A stretch of 32,000 bases of DNA from Demequinaceae bacterium. GTDB lineage: Bacteria > Actinomycetota > Actinomycetes > Actinomycetales > Demequinaceae. Below, piece after piece: positions 1-10,400 of this stretch (its first letter is position 1; each line of letters starts with the position of its first letter). The stretch lies in contig OZ252279.1 in assembly GCA_965250005.1 (NCBI GenBank), positions 1,470,001-1,502,000 of the forward strand. The letters run 5' to 3'. Position numbers and translations under genes: made by a program. The notes below the pieces were generated by a model, which was not told where the DNA came from, did not search any database, and saw only the letters and a program-made list of their open reading frames with translations.

Positions 1-2
1 CG

Positions 3-623
3 GTCATCGAGGAGTTCCTTGACGAAGGAGTTCGCGACTTCCTCGCGCTGCGGGGCGACCCCCCCAAGGGTCAGAAAGACTGGAAGCCGCATCCGGATGG
101 GCTGCTTTACGCTTCTGACTTGGTCGCGCTCCTGCGCGAGGTGGGAGCGGCGCACGGCATCACCGGGCCAGACTTGAGCATCGGCGTTACGGCGTTTCCC
201 GCGGCTCACGCGAACGAGCAGTGGCGGCAGCAGGGCCTGGACGTCTTGCGTGCCAAGCAGGAGGCGGGCGCCGACTTCGCCGTCACCCAGGTCTTCTACG
301 ACGCCACGCAGTACATGGCGCTCGTCAAGGACTTAGCGGCCGATGGTATTTCGCTGCCGATCGTTCCCGGGATCATCCCGCTGTTGGACGCCGGACGCGC
401 GGCCCGACTAGCGCAGTTGACGGGCGTACCGGCCCCCGAATCGCTCGTGGCTCGCCTCCAGCAGGCAGAAAACACCGAGGCGGCTTGCGACGCCGGCGTG
501 GAGCACGCAGCTGAACTCGCGAGCGCGTTGCTGGATGCGGGCGCGCCCGGAGTGCACATCTACACGTTTAACCGCGACTACGCGGCAGTCAAGTTAGTCG
601 AGGCGATTGGCATTCGCGCCTAG
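3..623 (+). CDS. metF: Methylenetetrahydrofolate reductase, 3' part (5' end outside window)
   Basis: Frame is open from base 3 (VIEEFLDEGVRDFLALRGDPPKGQKDW...), with FLALRGDPP, FAVTQVFYDA and PIVPGIIPL segments typical of MTHFR; stop at 621-623. Confidence 0.9.
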   Translation, partial: VIEEFLDEGVRDFLALRGDPPKGQKDWKPHPDGLLYASDLVALLREVGAAHGITGPDLSIGVTAFPAAHANEQWRQQGLDVLRAKQEAGADFAVTQVFYDATQYMALVKDLAADGISLPIVPGIIPLLDAGRAARLAQLTGVPAPESLVARLQQAENTEAACDAGVEHAAELASALLDAGAPGVHIYTFNRDYAAVKLVEAIGIRA

Positions 624-644
624 TTTCAGGCTCGGTGGGGCTAT

Positions 645-1091
645 TCAGCCTTCGTAGTTGTTGGCGTCGGTAAGCGTGACCTTCGCGCCATTTTCAATGG
701 TGCGAGACACGGTGCACGTCTTCTCGTGCGCGGTCTTGAGCGCAGCACCGACGCGGGCCCGAGCCTTGTCGCCGTCTTCGCCCTCGGGGAACTTGAGGTC
801 AAATGACAGGCGGATGTCCCGCAGAATCGAGCCATCCTCGCCACCGCTCACCTTGTCCGTGACTGCCGTGACCTCGAAGTGGTCGGGTTCGATGCGACGC
901 GACGTCATCATGTCGACGTCGGTACTGGAGCAACCGAGCATGGCGGCGAGCAGTAGTTCGATTGAGCCGAATCCCCCCTTGGCGTTGTGCCCAAAGCGGA
1001 TCTGAGCACCACGACCGTTGTCGGCGATGAAGATGCCTTCGGCCTCGCGGGTGAGTGTGACGTTTCGCTGTACTATTGTTTCTTCTTCCAT
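645..1091 (-). CDS. OsmC family protein
   Basis: 148 aa; GGFGSIELLLAAMLGCSSTDV and C-terminal KTCTVSRTIENGAKV match the OsmC/YhfA-type arrangement of two conserved Cys. Confidence 0.8.
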   Translation of the reverse strand: MEEETIVQRNVTLTREAEGIFIADNGRGAQIRFGHNAKGGFGSIELLLAAMLGCSSTDVDMMTSRRIEPDHFEVTAVTDKVSGGEDGSILRDIRLSFDLKFPEGEDGDKARARVGAALKTAHEKTCTVSRTIENGAKVTLTDANNYEG

Positions 1092-1296
1092 GGCGTGATC
1101 CTTTCACGGGTTGTTTGTGCGGTAGAACAGCTCCCGGGCACGCCCATATTCCCATGTGGGCGGATGCAACTACGCTTGGCGGAACTAGCAACCATGCCGA
1201 TGCTGGTAGAGGCACGATCGCGGGCATCGCGCCGGTCCGGATAGATGTGCGGCGAGCGTCTCAGCGAACCCAGAGAAAGCTGGTAAACTCGAACAT

Positions 1297-2637
1297 ATGT
1301 TCAGCTACGTGGATCTGTTTGCGGGCGTGGGTGGATTTCACGCGGCGCTTGGCGCGCTCGGTGGCGAATGCGAGTTCGCGTCCGAGATCGATGCTGATGC
1401 TGTCGCGGTTTACGAAGCGAACTGGGGCGGCGCCGTTTCCGGCGACATCGTGCCGCTCACCGCAGATCAGATGGCTGTCCCCGCCCACGATGTGCTCGCA
1501 GCTGGATTTCCATGTCAGCCATTCTCGAAGAGCGGCTATCAGCGGGGCATGGCGGAGACTAGAGGCACGCTCTTCTGGAACATCTGCCGCGTGCTTGAGG
1601 AGCGGCAGCCGGGCGTAGTTCTCCTCGAAAATGTGCGAAATCTCGCGGGCCCTCGGCACCGCGAGACCTGGGCGACCATTGTGCGGTCGCTGCGCGACCT
1701 CGGCTACAAAGTCTCGGGTGCGCCAACCGTTTTCTCTCCGCACAACTTGCCGCTCGCCCTTGGAGGGCGACCCCAGACTCGAGACCGAGTGTTCATAACC
1801 GGAATATACGTGGGCAAGGACCGCGCGTGGGCGGAAGCAACCAATGAGTTGCTTGTGCCCAACAAGCCTGTGGACGGATGGGACCCGCGGGATTGGAATC
1901 TACTCGATCATCTTCCGGTCGCGACCGATGCTCAAACCAAGGCCGACTACGGGTTGAGCGGCGCGGAAACCGAGTGGATTGAGACTTGGGACGAGTTCGT
2001 TCATCTAGTCAGTAAGCGAATGCGGACGGGCCGATTGCCGGGGTTCCCGATCTGGGCGGACGCGTTTGTCGACGAACCGGAGATCGACGAAGACACGCCC
2101 GCGTGGAAGGCTGACTTCCTCCGCAAGAATTCTGACCTCTACGTGACGCATCGCGGCGTGATCGACAGGTGGCGCCGCAAGAATGGTGGACTCGCGCACT
2201 TCCCGGCGAGTCGCCGCAAACTTGAGTGGCAGGCGCAGGACTCGAAGAGCCTGTGGGACACGGTTATGCATTTTCGGCCGTCGGGCATCCGTGCGAAGAA
2301 GCCGAACTACCTACCTGCACTGGTTGCCATTACTCAAACGAGTGTTGTGGGTTCGCTGCAGCGGCGCATCACGCCGCGTGAGGCCGCCCGACTTCAAGGC
2401 CTTCCGGATTGGTTCAGTTTTGGAGATCAGTCGGATGCCGCGACGTACAAGCAGATGGGTAATGGCGTCAATGTGGGCGCCGCGTACTTCATCCTTCGCC
2501 AGCACGTCCTTGGCAACCTTGACGACGTGCGAGGAGCGGCACCTGGCTTGGCCGCGGCTGTTGGCGATTCACCTGCCAACCCCGACGAAGTTCTACAGTC
2601 CGCAGCGTTCGCGTTGGAGCTTCAACGCGGACTCTGA
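1297..2637 (+). CDS. DNA (cytosine-5-)-methyltransferase
   Basis: Motif I DLFAGVGGF, motif IV GFPCQPFS, motif VI ENVRNL, motif VIII QTRDRVFITG, C-terminal REAARLQGLPDWF...KQMGNGV. Confidence 0.95.
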   Translation: MFSYVDLFAGVGGFHAALGALGGECEFASEIDADAVAVYEANWGGAVSGDIVPLTADQMAVPAHDVLAAGFPCQPFSKSGYQRGMAETRGTLFWNICRVLEERQPGVVLLENVRNLAGPRHRETWATIVRSLRDLGYKVSGAPTVFSPHNLPLALGGRPQTRDRVFITGIYVGKDRAWAEATNELLVPNKPVDGWDPRDWNLLDHLPVATDAQTKADYGLSGAETEWIETWDEFVHLVSKRMRTGRLPGFPIWADAFVDEPEIDEDTPAWKADFLRKNSDLYVTHRGVIDRWRRKNGGLAHFPASRRKLEWQAQDSKSLWDTVMHFRPSGIRAKKPNYLPALVAITQTSVVGSLQRRITPREAARLQGLPDWFSFGDQSDAATYKQMGNGVNVGAAYFILRQHVLGNLDDVRGAAPGLAAAVGDSPANPDEVLQSAAFALELQRGL

Positions 2638-3378
2638 AAGTTCGAATCCCCTCGGTGGTGTGATGCTCTCACCCGCGAGGTCTGCGTAGGTCGTATCCAG
2701 CAGCCGTGGCTTCACGAGCACAGTCAGATCTTCGTCTGACACCGCGAGCAGCAGGGCGTCGTGGAGTTTGTGAATATCAGCGCGTAGTAGCAGCGCGTTG
2801 CCGACCTTGTCCGAATCCGGGCCCTGGTATGGGGCAATGTGCGCGGCCTCAAGTGCGGCAAGGTCGTTTGTCCCGGTCACGCAGCAGGCTTCTCCGTACG
2901 CCTTCCTCACAGCGTTGCGGAACCCGGTTCCTCCAGGGCGTGTAGCGATAGCGGCGAGCCGCTTCGGCCTTGACGCGACGATCTCCGAGGGGTCGAAGCC
3001 TTCGTTGATCAGAACGGCGACAGGTGCCTCGAGTTCGGTGGAGAGATTCGGCACACCGTTCTCGAGCAGAAGGTCGCGGATCTTCCCTAGGCCCTGATTC
3101 GTGAGGGTGCCACCGCCACCCGACTTGGTTCCTTCCGACGTGTCGCCGACGCCGTACTTGTCGGGATCCGCGGGGGCGTATGTGCCCCCGAGCAGTTCGA
3201 TGATCGCCTGAATCTTTCGATATTTGTCGGGGAACTCCTCGGCTAGGTCGTCCCCCAGCACGGCAACGGCGAGCGGGTCAATGAAGTCGTTGTGAACGCT
3301 GGAGCCAACGCCCTTATCAACCACCAACATTCCGAGTATGTCGGCAATGTCCTGCATTAGTCCGTCGCGCGTGGCCAT
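2593..3378 (-). CDS. HNH endonuclease, probable restriction enzyme partner of the adjacent methyltransferase
   Basis: C-terminal CCVTGTNDLAALEAAHIAPYQGPDSDKVGNALLLRADIHKLHD is a typical HNH core; convergent with and overlapping the methyltransferase 3' end by 45 bp. Confidence 0.8.
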   Translation of the reverse strand: MATRDGLMQDIADILGMLVVDKGVGSSVHNDFIDPLAVAVLGDDLAEEFPDKYRKIQAIIELLGGTYAPADPDKYGVGDTSEGTKSGGGGTLTNQGLGKIRDLLLENGVPNLSTELEAPVAVLINEGFDPSEIVASRPKRLAAIATRPGGTGFRNAVRKAYGEACCVTGTNDLAALEAAHIAPYQGPDSDKVGNALLLRADIHKLHDALLLAVSDEDLTVLVKPRLLDTTYADLAGESITPPRGFELSESALKLQRERCGL

Positions 3379-3502
3379 GCTGTGACGGTACCGTTGTTGG
3401 CGAGAATTTGTCGTTCCAGTTGTGAGGCGTTCGGGGCTGGTGCAGGGATAGGTGACAACTGACTTCTGGGACCTGGGAGGGTCTTGGTGGAAGGATGTTG
3501 TT

Positions 3503-3802
3503 ATGCCTAAAGTTTTTCCTGAGGAGTTTCGCCGTGACGTGGTTGCGGTTGCCCGGCGCCGTGAGGCGTCTCAGAAGCAGATTGCCGAGGATTTCGGGAT
3601 CTCGCATGCGACGTTGTCGAATTGGTTGCGTCAAGCCAACATCGAGGACGGTGACAAACCTGGTGTGAGCCGTGAGCGAGCCGAACAGGTGCGGGAGTTG
3701 CGTCGGCGTAATCGGTTGCTCGAGCAAGAGAACGAGGTTTTGCGGCGTGCGGCCGCTTACTTGTCGCAGGCCAATCTCAAACTCGGTGGCCACCCAAAAT
3801 GA
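3503..3802 (+). CDS. IS3-family transposase OrfA (HTH)
   Basis: MPKVFPEEFRRDVVAVARRREASQKQIAEDFGISHATLSNWLRQANIEDG... with leucine-zipper-like tail; ATGA overlap with orfB. Confidence 0.9.
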   Translation: MPKVFPEEFRRDVVAVARRREASQKQIAEDFGISHATLSNWLRQANIEDGDKPGVSRERAEQVRELRRRNRLLEQENEVLRRAAAYLSQANLKLGGHPK

Positions 3803-4674
3803 TCTACCCGCTCGTCCGCGAGCTGGCCGTCGACGGTGTTCCCGTCGCGGTGACGTGTCGGGTGCTGAAGATTGCTCGCCAGCCGTACTACCGGTGGCGA
3901 AGCGAACCAGTTACGGCATTGGACTGGGTGCAAGCGCATCGCATGAACGCGCTCATTGACGCGCACCGTGACGACCCAGAGTTCGGCTACCGGTTCCTCG
4001 CGGACGAGGCCGTGGTAGCCGGATGGCCGATGGTGCGCAGGACCGCATGGTCCTTGGCGTCGCAGGCGGGTTTGGTGTCAACGACACAGCGTCGCAAGAG
4101 AGGCAAGGCAGGCAAACCCGGTCCACCCGTGTTCGATGACCTCGTGCAACGTGTCTTCACCGCCCAGAGCCCAAATCAGGTGTGGCTGACGGACATCACG
4201 GAGCACCCCACCAGTGAAGGCAAACTCTACCTGTGCGCCATCAAGGACCTGTACTCGAACCGCATCGTCGGCTACTCACTCAGTGACCGAATGCAAGCCC
4301 AGTTGGCTGTGAACGCCCTGGCCAACGCCGTCGCGTCCCGCGGCGACGTCACTGGATGCATCCTGCACGCCGATAGGGGATCTCAATTTCGTTCCCGCAA
4401 AATGGGTCACGCACTGAACCGTCACGGCATGGTCGGCTCCATGGGTCGAGTAGGTGCCGCCGGCGACAACGCCGCAATGGAATCCTTCTTCAGCCTGCTC
4501 CAAAAAAACGTCCTGAACCGGCAACGCTGGGACACCCGCCAGGAACTCCGCATCGCGATCATCACCTGGATCGAACGCACCTACCACCGCCGCCGCCGAC
4601 AAGACCGACTCGGACGCTTGACCCCCATCGAATACGAGACCATCATGAACACACAAATGGCCCTCGCGGCCTAA
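3799..4674 (+). CDS. IS3-family transposase OrfB (DDE integrase)
   Basis: VWLTDITEHPTSEGKLYLCAIKDLYSNRIVGYS...HADRGSQF...MGRVGAAGDNAAMESFFSLLQKNVLNR: rve/DDE core. Confidence 0.95.
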   Translation: MIYPLVRELAVDGVPVAVTCRVLKIARQPYYRWRSEPVTALDWVQAHRMNALIDAHRDDPEFGYRFLADEAVVAGWPMVRRTAWSLASQAGLVSTTQRRKRGKAGKPGPPVFDDLVQRVFTAQSPNQVWLTDITEHPTSEGKLYLCAIKDLYSNRIVGYSLSDRMQAQLAVNALANAVASRGDVTGCILHADRGSQFRSRKMGHALNRHGMVGSMGRVGAAGDNAAMESFFSLLQKNVLNRQRWDTRQELRIAIITWIERTYHRRRRQDRLGRLTPIEYETIMNTQMALAA

Positions 4675-4750
4675 ACCCGAACTGTCACCAGTTCCTGCAC
4701 CAGCCCCTTCGCTGTAGCCGTAGTTTTGAATGCATGGTCGATACTCGAGC

Positions 4751-5266
4751 TGAAGCGTCCTGGGTTTTCGGCCGTTCCTATGCGGGTTGCGGCTCTTGGG
4801 TGAGGGTCGCGTAGTGGGCTTGTTCGAATTCGGCGGGTGGGACGTAGCCGAGGCTTGAGTGAAGCCTACGAGTGTTGTACCAATCGACCCAGCCAGCGGT
4901 CGTGTATTCGATGTCGGCGATGGTTTTGTAGGGGCTGTCGTGGAACACCGTGGTGCGGATGCATTCGGCCTTGTAGAGTCCGTTGATGGTTTCCATGAGT
5001 GCGTTGTCGTACGCGTCTTCGACGGCTCCCACCGTCGCGGGTGCCGTCGTCGATATCGGCTTGCAACACCCACCGGCGCACAGACTCGTGGCCGACGCCG
5101 GCCTGACGGGCAACGGCCGCTGACGCGGCCGTGAGCGAGGAATACTCCGACCGGTGCTCCCGCACCAGCCGCACCGCCCGATCACGCAGTACAGGATCAA
5201 TTTTCTTTGGCATGACATACATCCTTCCAACTCAAAAGGATGCGGCATCAAACCTGGGGCGCTTCA
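4751..5266 (-). pseudogene. Internally deleted IS3-family relic
   Basis: Terminal repeats TGAAGCGTCCTGGGTTT / TGAAGCGCCCCAGGTTT. Minus strand has an orfA N-terminus (MPKKIDPVLRDRAVRLVREHRSEYSS...) close to an orfB C-terminus (YDNALMETINGLYKAECIRTT...WVDWYNTRRLHSSLGYVPPAEFEQAHY); the middle is missing. Confidence 0.8.
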
Positions 5267-5380
5267 TTCTGCGCTAAATGTTGCGGGGTTTCTTGGGACC
5301 CGTTAGGTTGCAGATTACAGATCACTTTTTGAGGGAACTGGGTTGCCTGTGAGGGTTTGCTTGTTCGGAGCGGGGATATT

Positions 5381-7375
5381 GTGGCGATTTTGAGACGTAG
5401 CGTGCGTGTGTGCGCCATTTCGGCAGGTGCTGTTGCTGTGATGAGTTTGGGATTGTTGACTACTAGTGCGGTGGCTGCCGTGATGGTGGATGGTATGCCC
5501 GCTGATGCGGAAGCTGCGTCCTATGTTGGTTTGCCTGAGTTGACGGCGCCGTCGGCTTACGATGCGCAGGTTCTTGCGCGCGAGGTTGGTAAGGATGTTG
5601 AGGATTTGTCGCAGCGCACTAGCACGCAAGCTGTTGTGGCTTTGCCCGATGGGTCCTGGCGTACGCATGTGCATGGTGCTCCGCAGTGGGTGTTGACTAG
5701 CGGGGATGGTACGTCGGATGCGGATTGGAGTCCGCTTGATTCGACGTTGGTGGTTCGTGCTGATGGTTTCATTGTTCCGGTTGCGCACACGGAAGGTTTT
5801 GTGATTGCGCCTGGTGGTGAGCGAACTGATCTGATTCTTGAGACCACCGATTCTGAGTCTGGTGAAACGGTTTCTTTGCTCTGGGATGGTTCGTATTTGC
5901 CGCCCGCGCAGATTGACGGCGCGCGTGTGACGTATCCCGAGGTGAAGCCTGGCATTGACTATGTGATCGAGTTGTCACCGGTGGGTTATGAACAGTTTTA
6001 TGTGGCTAAGAATCGTGGAGCGCTCAGAGCTGCAGGTGACCTGTTTCTAGATTTTTCGGTCGACGGCGGCGAGATTACGTCTGATGGTGCTGGTGGTGCG
6101 ACGTTCCTTGATAGGAAGGGAAACACGATTGCGTTTGTGCCGGTTGCTGTGGCATGGGATGCCGAGACTGATGTCAGTCGCGGTAACCCTGTGTTGAAGC
6201 CTTGGCGCGGTGACCCGCGTAGGCCGTTTGGTGGTGACCGTGAGATGCCGGCAGGGCAGGGCAGTTGGCGTATCGGCTTTGATGCTGATGTTGAGTTTCA
6301 GGAAGAGGCAGTCGAGGTTGAGGTGGAGCCCCGCGAGGGTGGTGCACGGTTGAAACTCAATTTGCCTGCGGGCTGGGCGGATGACCCGTCGACTCGGTTC
6401 CCTGTGGTGATTGACCCTTACGTTGTCCTCTATCCAACATATGACACGTACTACCAGACCAACAGTTCGGTGAACCATCAGTCCTATTCGTATTTGCTGA
6501 TGGGGACGCCCAACAGCGGCAGCGTCAAGTACCGTACGTATCTGAATGTTACGACCACACCCATCCAAGGACTGACTGTCACTGCTGCGCATTTCAACAT
6601 TTGGAATTATCATTCGTGGTCGTGTTCTGCACGCAGTTGGCGTGCATATGCCGGCACCAATGTCACTAGTCAGGTGTCATGGCCCGGACCGGGGTATGAC
6701 GGTGGCGTGTATGGCGAGTCGTCTGCGACGTTGGGGTATTCGAGTTCGTGCAATGACGGCTGGGTTTCGACGGATATCACAGCGCCCGCACAAATGTGGT
6801 CAGAGGACTTGGCCGATTCGTATCATTCGTTGGCGCTCGTTGCTGGAAGCGAGACGAACAACTATTACTGGAAGCGGTTCTATTCGCTGTCGGCTAGCTC
6901 CCATCATCCGCATTTGGTTGTGTATTACAACCAGCCACCAGACGTGCCGTCTGGTGTGCTTGTGAATGGGTTCAGTTTGGATAGTTCTGCGTTGACGTTG
7001 ACGGATCCGTATCCGGTGTTGGAGGCGACGGTTTCGGATTTGGATGGTGGGATGGTGCGCGCGGTTTTCGATATTTATGATGGCGTGGATTTGCTTGGCA
7101 GTTTTGAGGGGTCGTTGGTTGCTTCGGGTGGGACGTCGATGATTGTGTTTGCGACACCATTGGATCCTGATGTGGCGTACACGGTTAAGGTGCGTGCTTC
7201 GGACACGTTGGATGAGTCGGCGGTTTTGACTGTTCCTAACACGTTGACGTATGTGGTTGCGGCCCCGGATTTGCCGTCTGCAGGGTTGGTTGATGTTCCT
7301 GCGTATTGCGATGACGATATTGGTGCGGTTGTAGCGCCTAGCCCGGCACCGTGCACGGGGGCTCCCGGTGTTTAG
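5381..7375 (+). CDS. Secreted companion protein of the Rhs gene (DNRLRE-like segment, Ig/fibronectin-like C-terminus)
   Basis: Signal peptide VAILRRSVRVCAISAGAVAVMSLGLLTTSAVAA (GTG start chosen within the 5357..7375 ORF). STRFPVVIDPYVVLYPTYDTYYQTN and YRTYLNVTTTPIQGLTVTAAHFNIWNYHSWSC resemble DNRLRE-type segments commonly next to actinobacterial RHS genes. Confidence 0.7.
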   Translation: MAILRRSVRVCAISAGAVAVMSLGLLTTSAVAAVMVDGMPADAEAASYVGLPELTAPSAYDAQVLAREVGKDVEDLSQRTSTQAVVALPDGSWRTHVHGAPQWVLTSGDGTSDADWSPLDSTLVVRADGFIVPVAHTEGFVIAPGGERTDLILETTDSESGETVSLLWDGSYLPPAQIDGARVTYPEVKPGIDYVIELSPVGYEQFYVAKNRGALRAAGDLFLDFSVDGGEITSDGAGGATFLDRKGNTIAFVPVAVAWDAETDVSRGNPVLKPWRGDPRRPFGGDREMPAGQGSWRIGFDADVEFQEEAVEVEVEPREGGARLKLNLPAGWADDPSTRFPVVIDPYVVLYPTYDTYYQTNSSVNHQSYSYLLMGTPNSGSVKYRTYLNVTTTPIQGLTVTAAHFNIWNYHSWSCSARSWRAYAGTNVTSQVSWPGPGYDGGVYGESSATLGYSSSCNDGWVSTDITAPAQMWSEDLADSYHSLALVAGSETNNYYWKRFYSLSASSHHPHLVVYYNQPPDVPSGVLVNGFSLDSSALTLTDPYPVLEATVSDLDGGMVRAVFDIYDGVDLLGSFEGSLVASGGTSMIVFATPLDPDVAYTVKVRASDTLDESAVLTVPNTLTYVVAAPDLPSAGLVDVPAYCDDDIGAVVAPSPAPCTGAPGV

Positions 7376-7439
7376 GCGGGCAAGCGGTTCGGGTGCGGTT
7401 GGAGAGGTGTTTGAGGGCAGTGCGATCAGAGGGTTGAAC

Positions 7440-10400
7440 ATGGGGCGGGTTCGTTTAGGTTTGGTGGCTGTGTTTGTTGCCGCCGCGCTTGTGGTGTCGG
7501 GTACGCCTGCATGGACGGTTGACCTGTCACCGAGCCCGGATTCGACTGCGACTCCGAGTGTCGAGCCAAGCCCGGAACCGAGTGCAACACCAAACCCAGA
7601 ACCGAGCCCAGAACCGAGTCCGGAACCGAGCCCAGAACCGAGTGTGGAGCCGAGTGCGTCGGTGAACGATTTTGTGTGGTCTGATCCTGATCCGGTTGAT
7701 TCGGTTGAGGGTAATCCTGGTGGGGTGCCTCGCGATGTGGGGTTGGGTCGGTTGCCGTCGTTTGGGGCGGAGCAAAGTTCTGGTGTTGAGCATCGTGTGT
7801 TCGATTTTGATGTGATGTCGGGCACAGATTTTGAGGTTGCTGTCGCTGAGGGTACGTCTGGTGTGGATGGCAGTGTTGTTGTTGCTGTGGGGGCGGTGCC
7901 GTTGGATGATGTGATTCGGCGTGTGTATGGGTCTTCAGGTTTGTATTTTCCTGGCGAGCTGCGTGGCCGCCCCGATTTGGTGGCCGCCAGTAGGCCATCA
8001 GCTGATGTTGGTGAGCATGTCATCGTGGAACAGCGTCCAGGTGCTGACGCATCTATTCCGGGTGCGGCTTTTACGTTGTCGGTGGATGTGGGTGGCCTCA
8101 ATGAGGATGCTCGATGGGTTGATGTTGCTGTAAATATGTCGCTGGTGGAGCATCTGTTTGGTGCAAACTATGTTGACCGGCTGCAGTTTGTGTTGCTACC
8201 TGAGTGTGCGTTGACGTCACGAAAGAATCGTGACTGTTTTGCTGGTTTGCCGTTGGAGTCGTCGCGTAATGGTTTGACGGGTGTGACCACGATTGCGGCG
8301 CCAGCGAATGCGCGCACCCTTGCAGATGTTGATGGCTTCAACTCGCGTCCTGTCAGTGTAGATGTGATTCATAGTGGCGATTTGGCGGCCGAGTTTGCTG
8401 CCTCACAGGGGTTGAAGTTTGCGGGCACTGGTGGCGGCACGATCATTGTTGCCGTGTCGGGTGCTTCTGGACAGGCAGGCGATTTTTCTGCTACCGACCT
8501 TGCCGCGCAGGGTACGTGGGGTGTGTCTGAACAGTCTGGCGCGTTCACCTATTCGCTGCCTATAGAGGTTCCACCCGCGCAGGCCGGTGCCGCCCCGAAT
8601 GTTTCGTTGTCGTATTCCAGTGCCGGTGCGGACGCTAAAACAGAGTCCACGAACGGGCAGACATCAGTTTTGGGTGAAGGGTGGGCAAACCCGACGAACT
8701 TTATTGAGAGGCTCTATTTGCCGTGTAACGCCGACGAATATGGCACCAACCTTTTGGACAAGTGTTGGCATTCGCCGTATACGAGTGTGCCTGGTGAGGC
8801 GGCCTATACGGTGTCCCTAAATGGGGCAACATATGACCTGATTTGGGATGGCGGCAACCGTTACCGCACCTCTACAGAAATCGGATGGCGGGTGACACGT
8901 CACTGGGGTGCCAACAACGGCGACGGCGGTGAAGCCGACTCAGACGATGAAGGCGAATATTTTTTGGTCCAGGTTCCTGACGGTTCGCGCTACTACTTCG
9001 GTTACGGACATGTCGGTGTCAGCGGCTCGCCAACCAACTCGGTTGCGACCGTACCTGTTTTTGGTGACGATACAGGTGAACCGCGTTGTGGTACTGACGC
9101 CAACGACGAATGTGTGCAGGGATATCGGTGGATGCTGGACATTTCGGTGGACGCCTCAAACAACGCCAGCACCTATACCTATACGCGTGACACCAATCAT
9201 TATGCGCTCAAGGGTGACGTCAACCGGATCACCGAATATACGGCCGCAATCCGTTTGGACGACATCAAATACGGTCTGGTGTGGGGCGGACTTGATGTAG
9301 GGGTTGGTACGCAGCAGGCGGACGCGAAGGTCCAATATGTTTACGTCGAACGCTGTGTTCAAGCGGCAAACTATTTGGGCACCCTTGCAACAACGCCAGC
9401 CGTGAACTGCCCAGATATGGATGAAGACAACGCCCACTTCTATCCCGATGTTCCTATCGATTTGTTGTGTGATGCAGCCACGGGTTCGAACCCTTGTGCA
9501 GCCACCCACAATTCGCCAGTGTTTTTTACTACCGAGCGGCTAGACCAGATCACTACATCGGTACGTGACTGGGCAGACGTTGACACGAACTCCGACTGGG
9601 TTCCGGTTGCGACCACTCAACTGTTGGCTGGCTATCCGATGACGGGGGATGGTTCTGCCCGAAACTTGTGGCTTGATGGCGTTTACACCAAAGCGTGGGG
9701 CGAGTTCGGCAACGTTGACGACGATTTGCAAACGTATGTCATCAAGTTTGATCCCATCCAACTCAACAACCGTGTGGACTTCATTCCTGGTGACGATGAC
9801 CGTCGCGCCGTGGACCGTCTACGTATTGAACGCGTACGCACCGAATTCGGTGGCCACATCGAAGTCGAATATGCCCGCGATATTGATGGTGTTGGCGACG
9901 CAGATCCAGACGACCCGTACGGGCTGACAGTCTGTGAAGCCGATGGATTCGTCAACGAAGCAGCGATCGACACGTACTACGACACCGTTTTCGCGAACGG
10001 TTGGGACGAAAACAGCCAACTGTGCTCCCCGTCCTCGAACGCAGACGACGCACCCACATTCCACAAATATATGGTCACCGAAGTACGCCTCGTCGATGCG
10101 GTGGCGCCCGTACCTGTTGATGCAGACGAAGACGGCGACTTTGAGGAAGCAACATCGAGCGACTTTTTTGACTACCTGACCACCGTTAACCGATACGACT
10201 ACATCGGTGAGCCTGCCTGGGCTTACGCCGATTCGATCATGTCGGAGCGCGGCCAGGGTGGACAAACATGGAACGTGTTCCGTGGCTACGAAATTGTTGA
10301 ATCCTGGGTAGGTGAGAACCTCACCGACTATGCGGTCACCCGCAACCAGTATTATCGCGGAACATCTGGGGGATACCTCGAAAATGGCACGCTCGCGTCA

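Larger units (their letters stand above)
3433..4707 (+). mobile_element. IS3-family insertion sequence, copy A1 (1275 bp)
   Basis: Imperfect terminal inverted repeats GGGGCTGGTGCAGGGATAGGTGACA / GGGGCTGGTGCAGGAACTGGTGACA (22/25), flanked by 3-bp TTC duplications (..cgTTC | TTCgct..); orfA/orfB inside. Confidence 0.93.

Noticed and set aside
2640-2651. GTTCGAATCCCC resembling a tRNA T-arm just after the methyltransferase gene
   Set aside because: No matching acceptor, D-arm or anticodon stem upstream; the preceding bases are methyltransferase coding sequence. Treated as chance, though a tRNA remnant cannot be excluded.
4276-5073. 265-aa minus-strand ORF
   Set aside because: Runs antisense through IS A orfB into the IS relic; the same shadow recurs at the other IS A copy (29623-30132).
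7528-7650. Possible CRISPR-like or regulatory tandem repeat
   Set aside because: Units are short, contiguous and in frame, encoding a Pro-Glu-Ser linker; no spacers, and no CRISPR array found elsewhere in the window.
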